A DNA stretch of 37,572 nucleotides from Candidatus Eiseniibacteriota bacterium (lineage in GTDB: Bacteria > Joyebacterota > Joyebacteria > Joyebacterales > Joyebacteraceae). The notes below the pieces were generated by a model. The model made no database searches. It saw only the letters and a list, made by a program, of their open reading frames with translations, and was not told the origin of the DNA. The DNA lies in the NCBI GenBank assembly GCA_043819135.1, contig JBDRFG010000023.1, forward strand, positions 1 through 37,572, in the 5' to 3' direction. This document shows, piece by piece, positions 1 to 8,553 of the stretch; position 1 is the first letter of the stretch; each line of letters starts with the position of its first letter. The position numbers were made by a program, and so were the translations under genes.

Positions 1-2003
1 TTGCCCTCGCCCGCCACGAAGGCCCTCCGGATCTGCCTTCCCAGTTCCGTCCTGATGGGAATGTTCTGCAGGTTCGGGTTGCTGCTGGACAGCCTGCCCG
101 TCGCGGCGACCGTCTGATTGAACGACGTGTGCACGCGCCCCGTCACCGGGTTCACGAGCTTGGGAAGCGCCTCCACGTATCCGGTCTGCAGCTTGCGCAG
201 CTGCCGGTACTCCAGGATCAGTCCCGCGACCTCGTGGTCGTCGCGGAGCGTCTCGAGCACGCTCGTGTCGGTCGAATACCCGGTCTTCGTGCGCCTGCCG
301 CGCGGCAGCTCCAACTTCTCGAACAGCACGGAACCGACCTGCTTGGGTGAATCGAGATTGAACTCGACGCCGGCCAACTCGCAGACGCGCGTCCTGAGCC
401 CCTCGATCTCGGACCCGAAATCCCCGGCCAGGCGAGAGAGGATGCCGGCGTCCAGCTCAACACCCGTGAGCTCCATGCCCGCCAGCACGGGCACGAGCGG
501 CATCTCCACATCGGCGAGCAGGCTCTCGAGCCCCCCCTCCCTTATGCCGGAGCGAAGAACGTTGGTGAGCCTCAGCGTGATCTCCGCGTCTGCGCAGGCG
601 TAGTCGGAGGCCTCAGCCACGTCGACGTCCGCGAACGACAGCTGCTCGCTTCCCTTCCCTATCAGGCTCTCTATCGGCGTCATGCGGACGCCGAGATGCT
701 CCAGAGCCAACGCGGTCAGACCGTGCTGCCGGCGCCCGGGGTCCAGAAGGTAGGACGCTATCATCGTGTCGAACGCCAGGGGCGCGACCTCGATGCCGTG
801 CGTCAGCAGCACCTCGTAGTCGAACTTGATGTTCTGTCCGTACTTCGGAACGCAGGCGTCAGTCAGGACCGGCTTCAGGCTCCCGAGCACGAACTCCCGG
901 TCCAGGGACCGGCCGGTCGCGTGGCCGACGGGCACGTAGAAGGCCTCCCCCTCGTCGTACGACACGGACACGCCCACGATCTCGGTCGAGTGCGGGTCCA
1001 GTGAGGTCGTCTCAAGATCGACCGCGAACCCGCCCGAACTCTCGAGCGCGGCAACGAGAACCCCCAGAAGCTTCTTCGTCGTCACGACGACGTACCCGGA
1101 CGCGTCGGGCGCCTGGTCGGTGGAGGGCAGCAGCTTGAGCAGAGACGGGAACTCGTTCTCGCGCAGGAACGCGCCGACTCGCTCTCCGTCGAGCGGCGTC
1201 CTCCTGAGCGCCTGCTCGTCGAACGAGACCGGCGCATCGAGGTCGATGGTGACGAGGTCGCGGCTCATGAACGCCTGCTCGCTGAACTCCTTCAGGTTCT
1301 GCTTGCGCTTGTTCCCAGCGATCTCGTCTATGTGCTCGAGCACGCCCTCTATCGTGCCGAAGCGTGCGATGAGATCGACGGCCGTCTTCTTGCCTATGCC
1401 CGGCACTCCGGGGACGTTGTCGGACGAATCGCCCATGAGCCCCAGCACCTCGACTACCTGCGAGGGCGGGACCCCGAACTTCTCCTCTACGCCGTCGATG
1501 GTGTACTCGATGTTCCTGGCCGGATCGAGAACCGTGCTGGACTCGTCGACCAGCTGGAAGAAGTCCTTGTCTCCCGACACGATGACGGTCCGGAAGCCGG
1601 TCCCTCTCGCGGCCACGGCGAGCGTGCCGATCAGGTCGTCCGCCTCGTACCCGGGCTCCTCGATGATCGGTATTCCGAAGGCCTCCACCAGCTCGTGGAT
1701 CGCCTGCAGCTGGTCGACCAGCTCGTCCGGCATCGCCTCGCGCGTGGCCTTGTAGTCCTCGTACGCCTCGTGGCGGAACGTGGGCTCCGGCCGGTCGAAC
1801 GCGACGACGACGTGAGAAGGCCCAAGCTCGTCCAGAAGCTTGATGAGGGAAGACGCGAAGCCGTAGACGGCACTGACGTTCTTCCCGCTGGAGTTGACGA
1901 GCGGGCGTCGAATGAAGGCGTAGTGCGATCTGTAGACCAGGGCGGTGCCGTCAACGAGACAGAGCACGGGATCGCCCGGGCCGCACGAGCGTTTCCTGGT
2001 CAT
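1..2003 (-). CDS. polA: DNA polymerase I (3' end truncated by the window; missing from the ORF track)
   Basis: Manual translation from ATG 2003, which overlaps the nadD TGA (ATGA): MTRKRSCGPGDPVLCLVDGTALVYRSHYAF (5'-3' exonuclease), VDLETT, GQNIKFD and YACADA (3'-5' exonuclease motifs), and TGRLSSSNPNLQNIPIRTELGRQIRRAF at the window edge. The start and the edge motif are in the same frame. Confidence 0.97.
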   Translation of the reverse strand, partial: MTRKRSCGPGDPVLCLVDGTALVYRSHYAFIRRPLVNSSGKNVSAVYGFASSLIKLLDELGPSHVVVAFDRPEPTFRHEAYEDYKATREAMPDELVDQLQAIHELVEAFGIPIIEEPGYEADDLIGTLAVAARGTGFRTVIVSGDKDFFQLVDESSTVLDPARNIEYTIDGVEEKFGVPPSQVVEVLGLMGDSSDNVPGVPGIGKKTAVDLIARFGTIEGVLEHIDEIAGNKRKQNLKEFSEQAFMSRDLVTIDLDAPVSFDEQALRRTPLDGERVGAFLRENEFPSLLKLLPSTDQAPDASGYVVVTTKKLLGVLVAALESSGGFAVDLETTSLDPHSTEIVGVSVSYDEGEAFYVPVGHATGRSLDREFVLGSLKPVLTDACVPKYGQNIKFDYEVLLTHGIEVAPLAFDTMIASYLLDPGRRQHGLTALALEHLGVRMTPIESLIGKGSEQLSFADVDVAEASDYACADAEITLRLTNVLRSGIREGGLESLLADVEMPLVPVLAGMELTGVELDAGILSRLAGDFGSEIEGLRTRVCELAGVEFNLDSPKQVGSVLFEKLELPRGRRTKTGYSTDTSVLETLRDDHEVAGLILEYRQLRKLQTGYVEALPKLVNPVTGRVHTSFNQTVAATGRLSSSNPNLQNIPIRTELGRQIRRAFVAGEG

Positions 2004-2581
2004 GAGTAGAGGTTCTTCTCTTCTATGTAGGCGAGTACTGCCGGGGGGACGAGGTACCGGATGGAACGTCCCGTCCGGACCCTCTCGCGGATATCACTGG
2101 ACGACACCCCGATGAGCGGCGTGTCCAGCAGGTGCGCCTTCGCCCTGATCCTCGGGTCGCCGTCGTCGGATCCGGCGCCGGGCCTGGGCGCGACGACGAA
2201 CTCGCATGCGGCGATGAGATCGATAGGTTCCTTCCATGTGAAGAACTGGGCCAGACTGTCCGCGCCCATGATGAAATAGAGCTTCTCGTCCTCACCGAAC
2301 TCACGCCTGAACTGACGGACGGTCTCTATCGTGTAGGAGGGTTCGGGCCGCCTGGCCTCGATGTCGGACAGCGCGAGCCTGGGGTTCCCCTCGATCGCGA
2401 GTCGGACCATCTCCAGGCGGTGCTCGACGGAAGTCACGTCGTCACCGTGCTTGTGCGGAGGGCGAGCCGACGGAACGAAGATGACCCGGTCGAGCTCAAG
2501 CAGGTCGAGCGCTTCCCCGGCGATTATCAGGTGTGCGATGTGGATCGGGTCGAAGGTCCCGCCCATGAGGCCGGTGGCCAA
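2000..2581 (-). CDS. nadD: Nicotinate-nucleotide adenylyltransferase
   Basis: GGTFDPIHIAH, PPHK, SYTIET, FIMGADS and SSSDIRER...YLVP motifs; GGAGGAG RBS upstream. Confidence 0.96.
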   Translation of the reverse strand: MATGLMGGTFDPIHIAHLIIAGEALDLLELDRVIFVPSARPPHKHGDDVTSVEHRLEMVRLAIEGNPRLALSDIEARRPEPSYTIETVRQFRREFGEDEKLYFIMGADSLAQFFTWKEPIDLIAACEFVVAPRPGAGSDDGDPRIRAKAHLLDTPLIGVSSSDIRERVRTGRSIRYLVPPAVLAYIEEKNLYS

Positions 2582-2609
2582 GTGGTCAGCTCCTCCCTGG
2601 TGTATGCGG

Positions 2610-3371
2610 CTAGCCCGAGAGGACCGCCTTCTCCGCGGCTGCCGTCCGGGCCTCCTCCGTCCCGGGATACAGCTCGATGAGTCGCTGGTACTCGTTCTCC
2701 GCCAGCGCCCGAGAGCCCTCTGCCGCGAAACTCCGCGCCTTGTCGAGAAGGGCCACGCGAGCCCACGCGGTGTCGGGGTATTCCGTGACGACCGCCTCGA
2801 GATAGACGCGAGCCGCTTTCGGCCTTCCGAGGTCGAAGTACAACGTCGCGCTGTCGTAGCTCTTGGCCGCGAGCCTCGTCCTGAGCTCGAGGATCTTCGC
2901 GCGCGCCTCGTCGGCGAGGCCGCTCTCCGGGTACGCCGCCAGGAAGTACTCGAACTGACTGATGGCCTGCCCGGTCATGGTCTGGTCGAGAGCCGCGGGC
3001 AGCGCCTGATCGAGGAACGTCACCCCCAGCTTGTACTCGGCCTCCGGCACCAGCGGTGAGTGAGGGTAGTCCGACAGAAGCCGCCGGTATTCCTCTTCGG
3101 CGGATGCGTAATCCGAGATCGCACGATGGGCGTCGGCGATCCCCACGAGCGCATCGTCAGCCATTTCGTGAAGCGGCGAGTTCAGCGTGATGCGCTTGAA
3201 GGCCTCGATGGCCAGAAGGTGATCCCCCCGCTCCGCCGCGGCCATGCCGATCTCGTATGTGTCCTCTGCCGTGGTCTCGCCCAACTCCGGCACCGTTGAG
3301 CAACCCGTTGCCGCGAGTAGCGCGACGACGAGAAGGGCGCCCGCAAGCCGGGACGCATTGTTGCGAATCAC
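2610..3371 (-). CDS. bamD: Outer membrane protein assembly factor BamD (TPR lipoprotein)
   Basis: Lipobox ATGC, TPR-like helices, and DQTMT..AI..F..FL..YPES...LAAK typical of BamD. Confidence 0.88.
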   Translation of the reverse strand: MIRNNASRLAGALLVVALLAATGCSTVPELGETTAEDTYEIGMAAAERGDHLLAIEAFKRITLNSPLHEMADDALVGIADAHRAISDYASAEEEYRRLLSDYPHSPLVPEAEYKLGVTFLDQALPAALDQTMTGQAISQFEYFLAAYPESGLADEARAKILELRTRLAAKSYDSATLYFDLGRPKAARVYLEAVVTEYPDTAWARVALLDKARSFAAEGSRALAENEYQRLIELYPGTEEARTAAAEKAVLSG

Positions 3372-3408
3372 GTGGAACCCTCCGCTCCTGTGTGAACTTG
3401 AGGTCGAT

Positions 3409-4917
3409 CTAGTCGGTCGACCTGCTCGTATAGAAGAGATAGATGAGCCCGCCGACGATGCCGGCCACGATCACCGGCTCGAAGACCTTGTCCCATCCGC
3501 CCGGCTCGGCCTCAGGCGAGGCGAACCCCTGCCCGGGTGCTTCCAGTTCACCGAGACGCGCGCCGGGGATTATCTCCCTGCGCTCGCGCTGAACGCCACT
3601 AGCCCAGACGATCGCCTTGGTGGCATCGGAGAGCTCGAATCGGATGTCCACGGCGGTCCTGCGCTCGAACTTGCGCGCGCCGACGACCCACTCGCGCCAC
3701 GACCGCGGCAGCGACGTCTGGCAGTAGACGATGCGATAGGCGATCTCGTACGGGCCCTCGTCGTCCGGGTCCGTCTGCGCCGTCATCTGCCCGGCCCTCA
3801 CAACGTGCCCGCGAGAGGTCAGCTGCTCGAGCAGGATCGACTTGACGAGCCAGTTGGCGTCGTGTGTGTCAACCTGCCGGAGTAGCAGCTGCGAGCCCTC
3901 GGGAAGTCCCATCTTCGCGACCGCCTCCGCCATCACTTCCGTGGTCAGTTCGCTGATGACGGCCAGATTCGACTTTGGGACCGCAGTGACGGGGAGCTTC
4001 TCATCGCCGCCCACGGCCGACGCGGCCGCAAGGCCTCCGCCTCCTCCGAACCCCGTGGACAACGCGAACTGGTGCGTCCCCCCGAGATCGGAAGACCTGT
4101 AGGCGTAGTCGAGCGCCCACTGCTCCTTCCAGTTGACTCCGACGCCGCCGGTCAGGCCCGAAAGCGCGGTCTCGTCTCCGCCGATCCAGCCTCCCCTCAG
4201 AGCCAGGTGCGGCACGGGCGCGTACTCCGCGCCGAGGCGTGGAGTCGCGCCAAGGTCGTTGACCTTCTCCAGGTCCATCGACAGCAGCACGCCGCGCCAG
4301 ACGCATGAACCGCCGACCGTCATGGTCGCGGGCAGCGGGTCGGCCTCGCTTTCGAAGGTCAACCCGGGACCCAGGTTCCGAACGGCCGCTCCTACCCTGG
4401 CGGCGTCGCTCACCCTGTAGACCACACCAAGGTCAACAGCGAAGGAGGACGCTCCCTGATCGCCGAGGGAACTCGACAGGAACTTGAGCCCCGCGCCGAC
4501 GCCCAACGCGTCCGACACGCGCCTGCCGTATCCCGCGATGCCGGCGAAGTCACCGGATTCGAACGAGCCCTCGCCCGTGTTGTCCCAGGAAACGGAACCC
4601 TGCTCGAGAGCGACACCAAATGCCGCGTCCCGTGCGAGCGGCGCGGCGTAGCTCGCGTACTGGTACGTGGCGTCCGAGAGCCAGGACACGTGCGAGAGCG
4701 TCAACCTGTGCCCCTCGACCTGCGAGAGACATCCGGGATTCCAATGGAGCGCCGTCCCGTCGTCGGCGACCGAGACGTATGCCCCTCCCATGCCGGCGGC
4801 ACGAGCCCCGACGCCCACGCCGAGGAACTGGGAACCGGACGTCCCCTGTGCCGGCGAGGAGGCCGGCAGCACCGCCACCAGAACCGCCACGAGAACCGCG
4901 AGTCTCTTCGACGTCAT
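3409..4917 (-). CDS. PorV/FadL-like beta-barrel (about 4048-4917) fused to a ~210 aa domain of unknown function
   Basis: Signal peptide; FLGVGVGARAAGMGGAYVSVADDGTALHWNPG motif. The barrel ends HQFALSTGF, followed by a Gly linker and an extra domain with a terminal hydrophobic helix. Confidence 0.8.
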   Translation of the reverse strand: MTSKRLAVLVAVLVAVLPASSPAQGTSGSQFLGVGVGARAAGMGGAYVSVADDGTALHWNPGCLSQVEGHRLTLSHVSWLSDATYQYASYAAPLARDAAFGVALEQGSVSWDNTGEGSFESGDFAGIAGYGRRVSDALGVGAGLKFLSSSLGDQGASSFAVDLGVVYRVSDAARVGAAVRNLGPGLTFESEADPLPATMTVGGSCVWRGVLLSMDLEKVNDLGATPRLGAEYAPVPHLALRGGWIGGDETALSGLTGGVGVNWKEQWALDYAYRSSDLGGTHQFALSTGFGGGGGLAAASAVGGDEKLPVTAVPKSNLAVISELTTEVMAEAVAKMGLPEGSQLLLRQVDTHDANWLVKSILLEQLTSRGHVVRAGQMTAQTDPDDEGPYEIAYRIVYCQTSLPRSWREWVVGARKFERRTAVDIRFELSDATKAIVWASGVQRERREIIPGARLGELEAPGQGFASPEAEPGGWDKVFEPVIVAGIVGGLIYLFYTSRSTD

Positions 4918-4940
4918 GCTGAACCCTCCAGGGTTGTTCG

Positions 4941-6599
4941 CTATCTGATTACGGCCACTTTCCTGACCGATTCGCTCTCGCCCGTCTGGATCCTGAGGAA
5001 ATACACGCCGCTGGCGACAGAACCGCCATCGTCGTTGTCACCGTACCAGATCACTGTGTCGCTGCCCTGACTCTCGAGCGTTCTCACGAGCGTTCCTGCC
5101 ATGTTGTAGACGCTGACGGTGGCCGCGCCCTCGTACAACCCCAGGGAGATGACCGCCTCCCCCCCCAGCAGCGGCCGGAACGAGTTGACGTCGACGCCCA
5201 GGCCAGTGGGTCCATCGGACGTCTTGGGAAGAACGGTGACGGACAGCGTCGTGTCCGAGACAGATCGCGAGAACGAGTCGGTCGCGGTGATGATGACCGG
5301 CGCGTCGACCACGGGCACGAACGAGTTCGCTCTGGATATCTCGTACGTCACGGTGTACCGTCCGGCCGTGGTCTCGGTCACTACGACGTCGGACGGATCA
5401 AATTCGCTGTCCACGTGGCTGAAGTCGGCGACGACGCCGTACCCGGTGTCGTCCCACCTCGAGGTGATCGTAACGGTCTCTCCCGCTTCGAAGACGACGT
5501 CCCCGCCGCTGACGGTCGAGGACACATGCTCCGGCGGCGCCACATCGAAGATCACGTCGAACGACAGCACGGGCACGGAGGTCGACGGGCCGTTGACGTG
5601 GCCCTCGCCGTCCGCCGTCGGCATGCCGTCGTGCGCCCTCACGAAGACCACGAGGATCTCGTCGAGAGTGCCCGGGATGCAGGACGCGCACGAAACGCTG
5701 CCCGCCCAGCTGACCGAGTCGGGGCGTCCCACCGCGATCTCGTCCCAATCCTCCTGGTCGAGCGACATCTCGACCCCAACCACGCCCGCGCCGTCGTGCG
5801 CCCACCCGGTCAGTTCGGCGACCGACGTTCCGAACCTCAGTTCCGTAACGTTGCTGTCGGGGTAGTCTACGCCCAGGAGAGGCGGGGCCGTATCGAGGTC
5901 GACCAGGGCTCCGGACTCCGAGAGATTCCCCGCGGCGTCCCTGCTCTCGACGCTGACGAAGAACAGGCCGTCCTCGCTGATGGCTCCGTCCCCGTCGGTC
6001 CCGTCCCAGAAGAGAACGGCGGAGGCGACGCCGTTGGCCGAGTAGACCTGCCGCACGGGCTCGTCGTTGGCGTCGAGAACCGTCACGAGAATCTGCTCCG
6101 AGGGCTCTGAGATGCCCGCTTCGAACGAGATCATCAGGCTGTCGCCGACGCCGTCGCCGTCAGGCGAGAAGCGGCTCGGCGCGACGTCCACGCTGTGAAG
6201 CGGCGGCGCAACGGTGTCCACTACGAACGGGAAGTCGGCCTCCTCGTACGGGCCGGACTGCGGTATGGCCTCGACGAGGAACCGGTACTCGCCGTCCGAC
6301 GCCAGAGTGTCCCCGAACCACCCGTCCCACCAGTGCTTGTGCTCCCCTTCGTCCTCCCAGCCCCACCACAGCGGCCACGGCGCGCTGCCGACCGAATCGC
6401 CGACCGAGATGACAATGGCCGCCCGCTCCGAGAGCGAGTAGTAGACCGCTGTCGAGTCGAAGACCCCGTCGGCGTTCGGCGAGAACGGGCTCGGAATGAC
6501 CCCAACGTCGAAAATGAGCCCACCTGAGGCCGGGACGGCCAGCGCCCAAACGAGCACAAGGACCGCCGTGACCGGCCGTGCCGGGTTCATTCTGGACAT
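4941..6599 (-). CDS. Secreted multi-Ig protein with FlgD-like domains and a T9SS type A-like C-terminal sorting domain
   Basis: ATG 6599 with GGGGAG RBS; signal peptide; PSPFSPNADG and PSRFSPDGDG repeats; C-terminus VYNMAGTLVRTL..W.G.NDDG..VASGVYFLRI...KVAVIR. Confidence 0.82.
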   Translation of the reverse strand: MSRMNPARPVTAVLVLVWALAVPASGGLIFDVGVIPSPFSPNADGVFDSTAVYYSLSERAAIVISVGDSVGSAPWPLWWGWEDEGEHKHWWDGWFGDTLASDGEYRFLVEAIPQSGPYEEADFPFVVDTVAPPLHSVDVAPSRFSPDGDGVGDSLMISFEAGISEPSEQILVTVLDANDEPVRQVYSANGVASAVLFWDGTDGDGAISEDGLFFVSVESRDAAGNLSESGALVDLDTAPPLLGVDYPDSNVTELRFGTSVAELTGWAHDGAGVVGVEMSLDQEDWDEIAVGRPDSVSWAGSVSCASCIPGTLDEILVVFVRAHDGMPTADGEGHVNGPSTSVPVLSFDVIFDVAPPEHVSSTVSGGDVVFEAGETVTITSRWDDTGYGVVADFSHVDSEFDPSDVVVTETTAGRYTVTYEISRANSFVPVVDAPVIITATDSFSRSVSDTTLSVTVLPKTSDGPTGLGVDVNSFRPLLGGEAVISLGLYEGAATVSVYNMAGTLVRTLESQGSDTVIWYGDNDDGGSVASGVYFLRIQTGESESVRKVAVIR

Positions 6600-6655
6600 C
6601 CTGGCTCCCCTTTGTTCCGCAACGAGAGCGGGCACCCTAACATATAGTTTTGCCA

Positions 6656-6687
6656 GAGGATACAACGCTTCCGGGACGTAGTGTCAA
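6656..6687 (-). promoter_or_regulatory. Possible sigma70 promoter for the FlgD-PorV-bamD-nadD-polA run
   Basis: TTGACA (6687-6682) and TATCCT about 19 bp downstream; the spacing is suboptimal. Confidence 0.35.
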
Positions 6688-6731
6688 GCGGAATCGGGTC
6701 CTCAAACAGGGTACCCGACGCGCGACCCGGG

Positions 6732-7805
6732 TCAGAAGTGCAGGAGCACCGAGAGCAGGTGTCTCGGCGTACCCTCCTGCTTGAGAAGAACCGTGTAGTT
6801 CAGGACGAACGAGTCCCCGCCGGGCGTCCGTCCGCCCCGCATGCACGCGGACGCACGGATCGAACCCATCCCCAGCGTTAGGACGTTGGTTTCGCCGCCG
6901 TCTTCACGGTAGGCGCCCGCCCTGAGCGCGCCCCGGCCCCAGAGATTCCACTCGAAGCCGACGCGGGGCTCCAGCGAGGTCTCCGGGTGCTTCTCGGAGA
7001 GGTCACGCAGATCGAACGTGAGAAGCACGTCCTCCACGGGGCGATACGCCACACCCGCATTCATCGTTCGGGACCCGAGCCCCTCGACGTCGAGCCTGTA
7101 GTGCTCGAAGTCGTTCGGCAGGTCCAGGTACGTCAGTCCGACCGTCACCTTGTCGTTGGGGCGCATAAGCGCCCCGTAGGCGCGACCCGTACCGTTCTTC
7201 CGCCTGCCCGGGGCGTCCCATCCGGAGAGGACGATTTCGCTCGCCCCGATGGTCACGCTCGGCGCCAGCTGGAACGCGAACGCGAACGTCGTGTAGTACG
7301 CGCCCAGAAGGTCGCTCGCATCGGCGAGTCCCTTGGAGTCGGCCAACCCGGCGGAATCCAAGTGCTCTTCCAGCATGAGAGCGCCCACGGCCAGTCCGCC
7401 CGTTCGAACGGTCGCCCCCTTCACGATGCTGCCCAGCGCGATCGACAGCTTCTCGATGGCGGGCAGGAACGCGAAAGGCTCGGATTCGACACCGGTCAGG
7501 AGGCCGGTCTCGCGCGCGATCGCGGGGGCGCCCAGAATATTGACGTGCAGGCGGAAGCCGACCCCCGACCCGCAGGTCGCCGGCACGAAACCGGCGGGGT
7601 TCCAGACCATCGCGGCCAGTTCATCGTCGACCGCCATGAAGGCGCCGCCCATCGCCATCGGACGAGGAGAGACGGTGCTGACGCTCCCGACGGAGAGCGC
7701 TGACGATGGCAGAACGACCAGGAGAACGGCGGCCATGAACAGCGACCGTCGCGCGTCGACGCGGCTTCTGTGCAAGACAGGTTTCACTGACAGGCAGTAT
7801 AGCAC
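6732..7805 (-). CDS. PorV/FadL-like outer membrane beta-barrel (true start possibly 7736)
   Basis: SPRPMAMGGAFMAVDDELAAMVWNPAG motif, amphipathic strands and a C-terminal Phe (HLLSVLLHF). Confidence 0.75.
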   Translation of the reverse strand: MLYCLSVKPVLHRSRVDARRSLFMAAVLLVVLPSSALSVGSVSTVSPRPMAMGGAFMAVDDELAAMVWNPAGFVPATCGSGVGFRLHVNILGAPAIARETGLLTGVESEPFAFLPAIEKLSIALGSIVKGATVRTGGLAVGALMLEEHLDSAGLADSKGLADASDLLGAYYTTFAFAFQLAPSVTIGASEIVLSGWDAPGRRKNGTGRAYGALMRPNDKVTVGLTYLDLPNDFEHYRLDVEGLGSRTMNAGVAYRPVEDVLLTFDLRDLSEKHPETSLEPRVGFEWNLWGRGALRAGAYREDGGETNVLTLGMGSIRASACMRGGRTPGGDSFVLNYTVLLKQEGTPRHLLSVLLHF

Positions 7806-7847
7806 CGCTCGGGACCCTCAACAAGCGGCTCCCGGAGCCTTTTGACG

Positions 7848-7877
7848 TTGACAAGAGCACGGGGCCCTTGCTAGGGT
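7848..7877 (+). promoter_or_regulatory. Putative sigma70 promoter
   Basis: TTGACA-18 bp-TAGGGT with an extended TG, upstream of ATG 7926. Confidence 0.45.
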
Positions 7878-7925
7878 TTTTCTGAGAGTAACGGACTCTG
7901 AGCACAAGGGAAGGTGGAACGGCGT

Positions 7926-8432
7926 ATGAAGAGGATTCTTGTTTTCGTCGTGGCGACGCTCCTGGTGATGTCGCTTCCCGCGGCGGCCGCGGGTCCCGCC
8001 GACACGGTTCCAACGCAGACGACGGGCGCGCAGACGACAGTGCGCAGCGGCTTCGCGGGGAAGAGCGAGACGACCATCACCGGACTGGTGGTCGCCGAGG
8101 ACGGGCGGCCCATGCTGGACGTCAACGTCAAGCTGTACATGGGCGGGCTTCTGGTGACGGAGCAACTGACATCGTCAGACGGCGCCTTCGAGTTCACCGA
8201 GCTGATCGACTACGGCAACGACGTCACGATAGACCTGTGGTTCGTGCCGCCGACCGACGAGCTGGTGATGGAGAACGTGCTCCTCAAGGAGAGCTCGTCC
8301 GCACTTCAGCACGGTCTCTACAGCAAGTGCGTGCAGAGGATCAGGCTGGACCCGATCACGGACGTCATCGTCAAGCTCTACAGCCTCGAGTCGCGCGTGG
8401 CGCTGCTCAGGCGCAAGGGCTGCATCGAGTAG
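7926..8432 (+). CDS. Exported hypothetical protein, probably a carboxypeptidase-regulatory/transthyretin-like beta-sandwich
   Basis: Signal peptide MKRILVFVVATLLVMSLPAAAA; ITGLVVAEDGRPM..V.V.L...TSSDGAFEF pattern. Confidence 0.7.
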   Translation: MKRILVFVVATLLVMSLPAAAAGPADTVPTQTTGAQTTVRSGFAGKSETTITGLVVAEDGRPMLDVNVKLYMGGLLVTEQLTSSDGAFEFTELIDYGNDVTIDLWFVPPTDELVMENVLLKESSSALQHGLYSKCVQRIRLDPITDVIVKLYSLESRVALLRRKGCIE

Positions 8433-8455
8433 GAACGACCACCGATCGACTCATG

Positions 8456-8499
8456 AGACACCCGAACGCCGGGACGGAAGTCCCGGCGTTCGGGTGTCT
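8456..8499. terminator. Perfect 20-bp hairpin between convergent genes
   Basis: AGACACCCGAACGCCGGGAC-ggaa-GTCCCGGCGTTCGGGTGTCT; no U-tract. Confidence 0.7.
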
Positions 8500-8553
8500 G
8501 CAGGCGGAGGACGCCGTCAACCGGCCCGTCATCGGGCCGGGCAGCCCCCGGCG

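Noticed and set aside
118..2009. Plus-strand ORFs over the first 2 kb
   Set aside because: Antisense to polA, which the ORF track missed because it has no stop codon inside the window.
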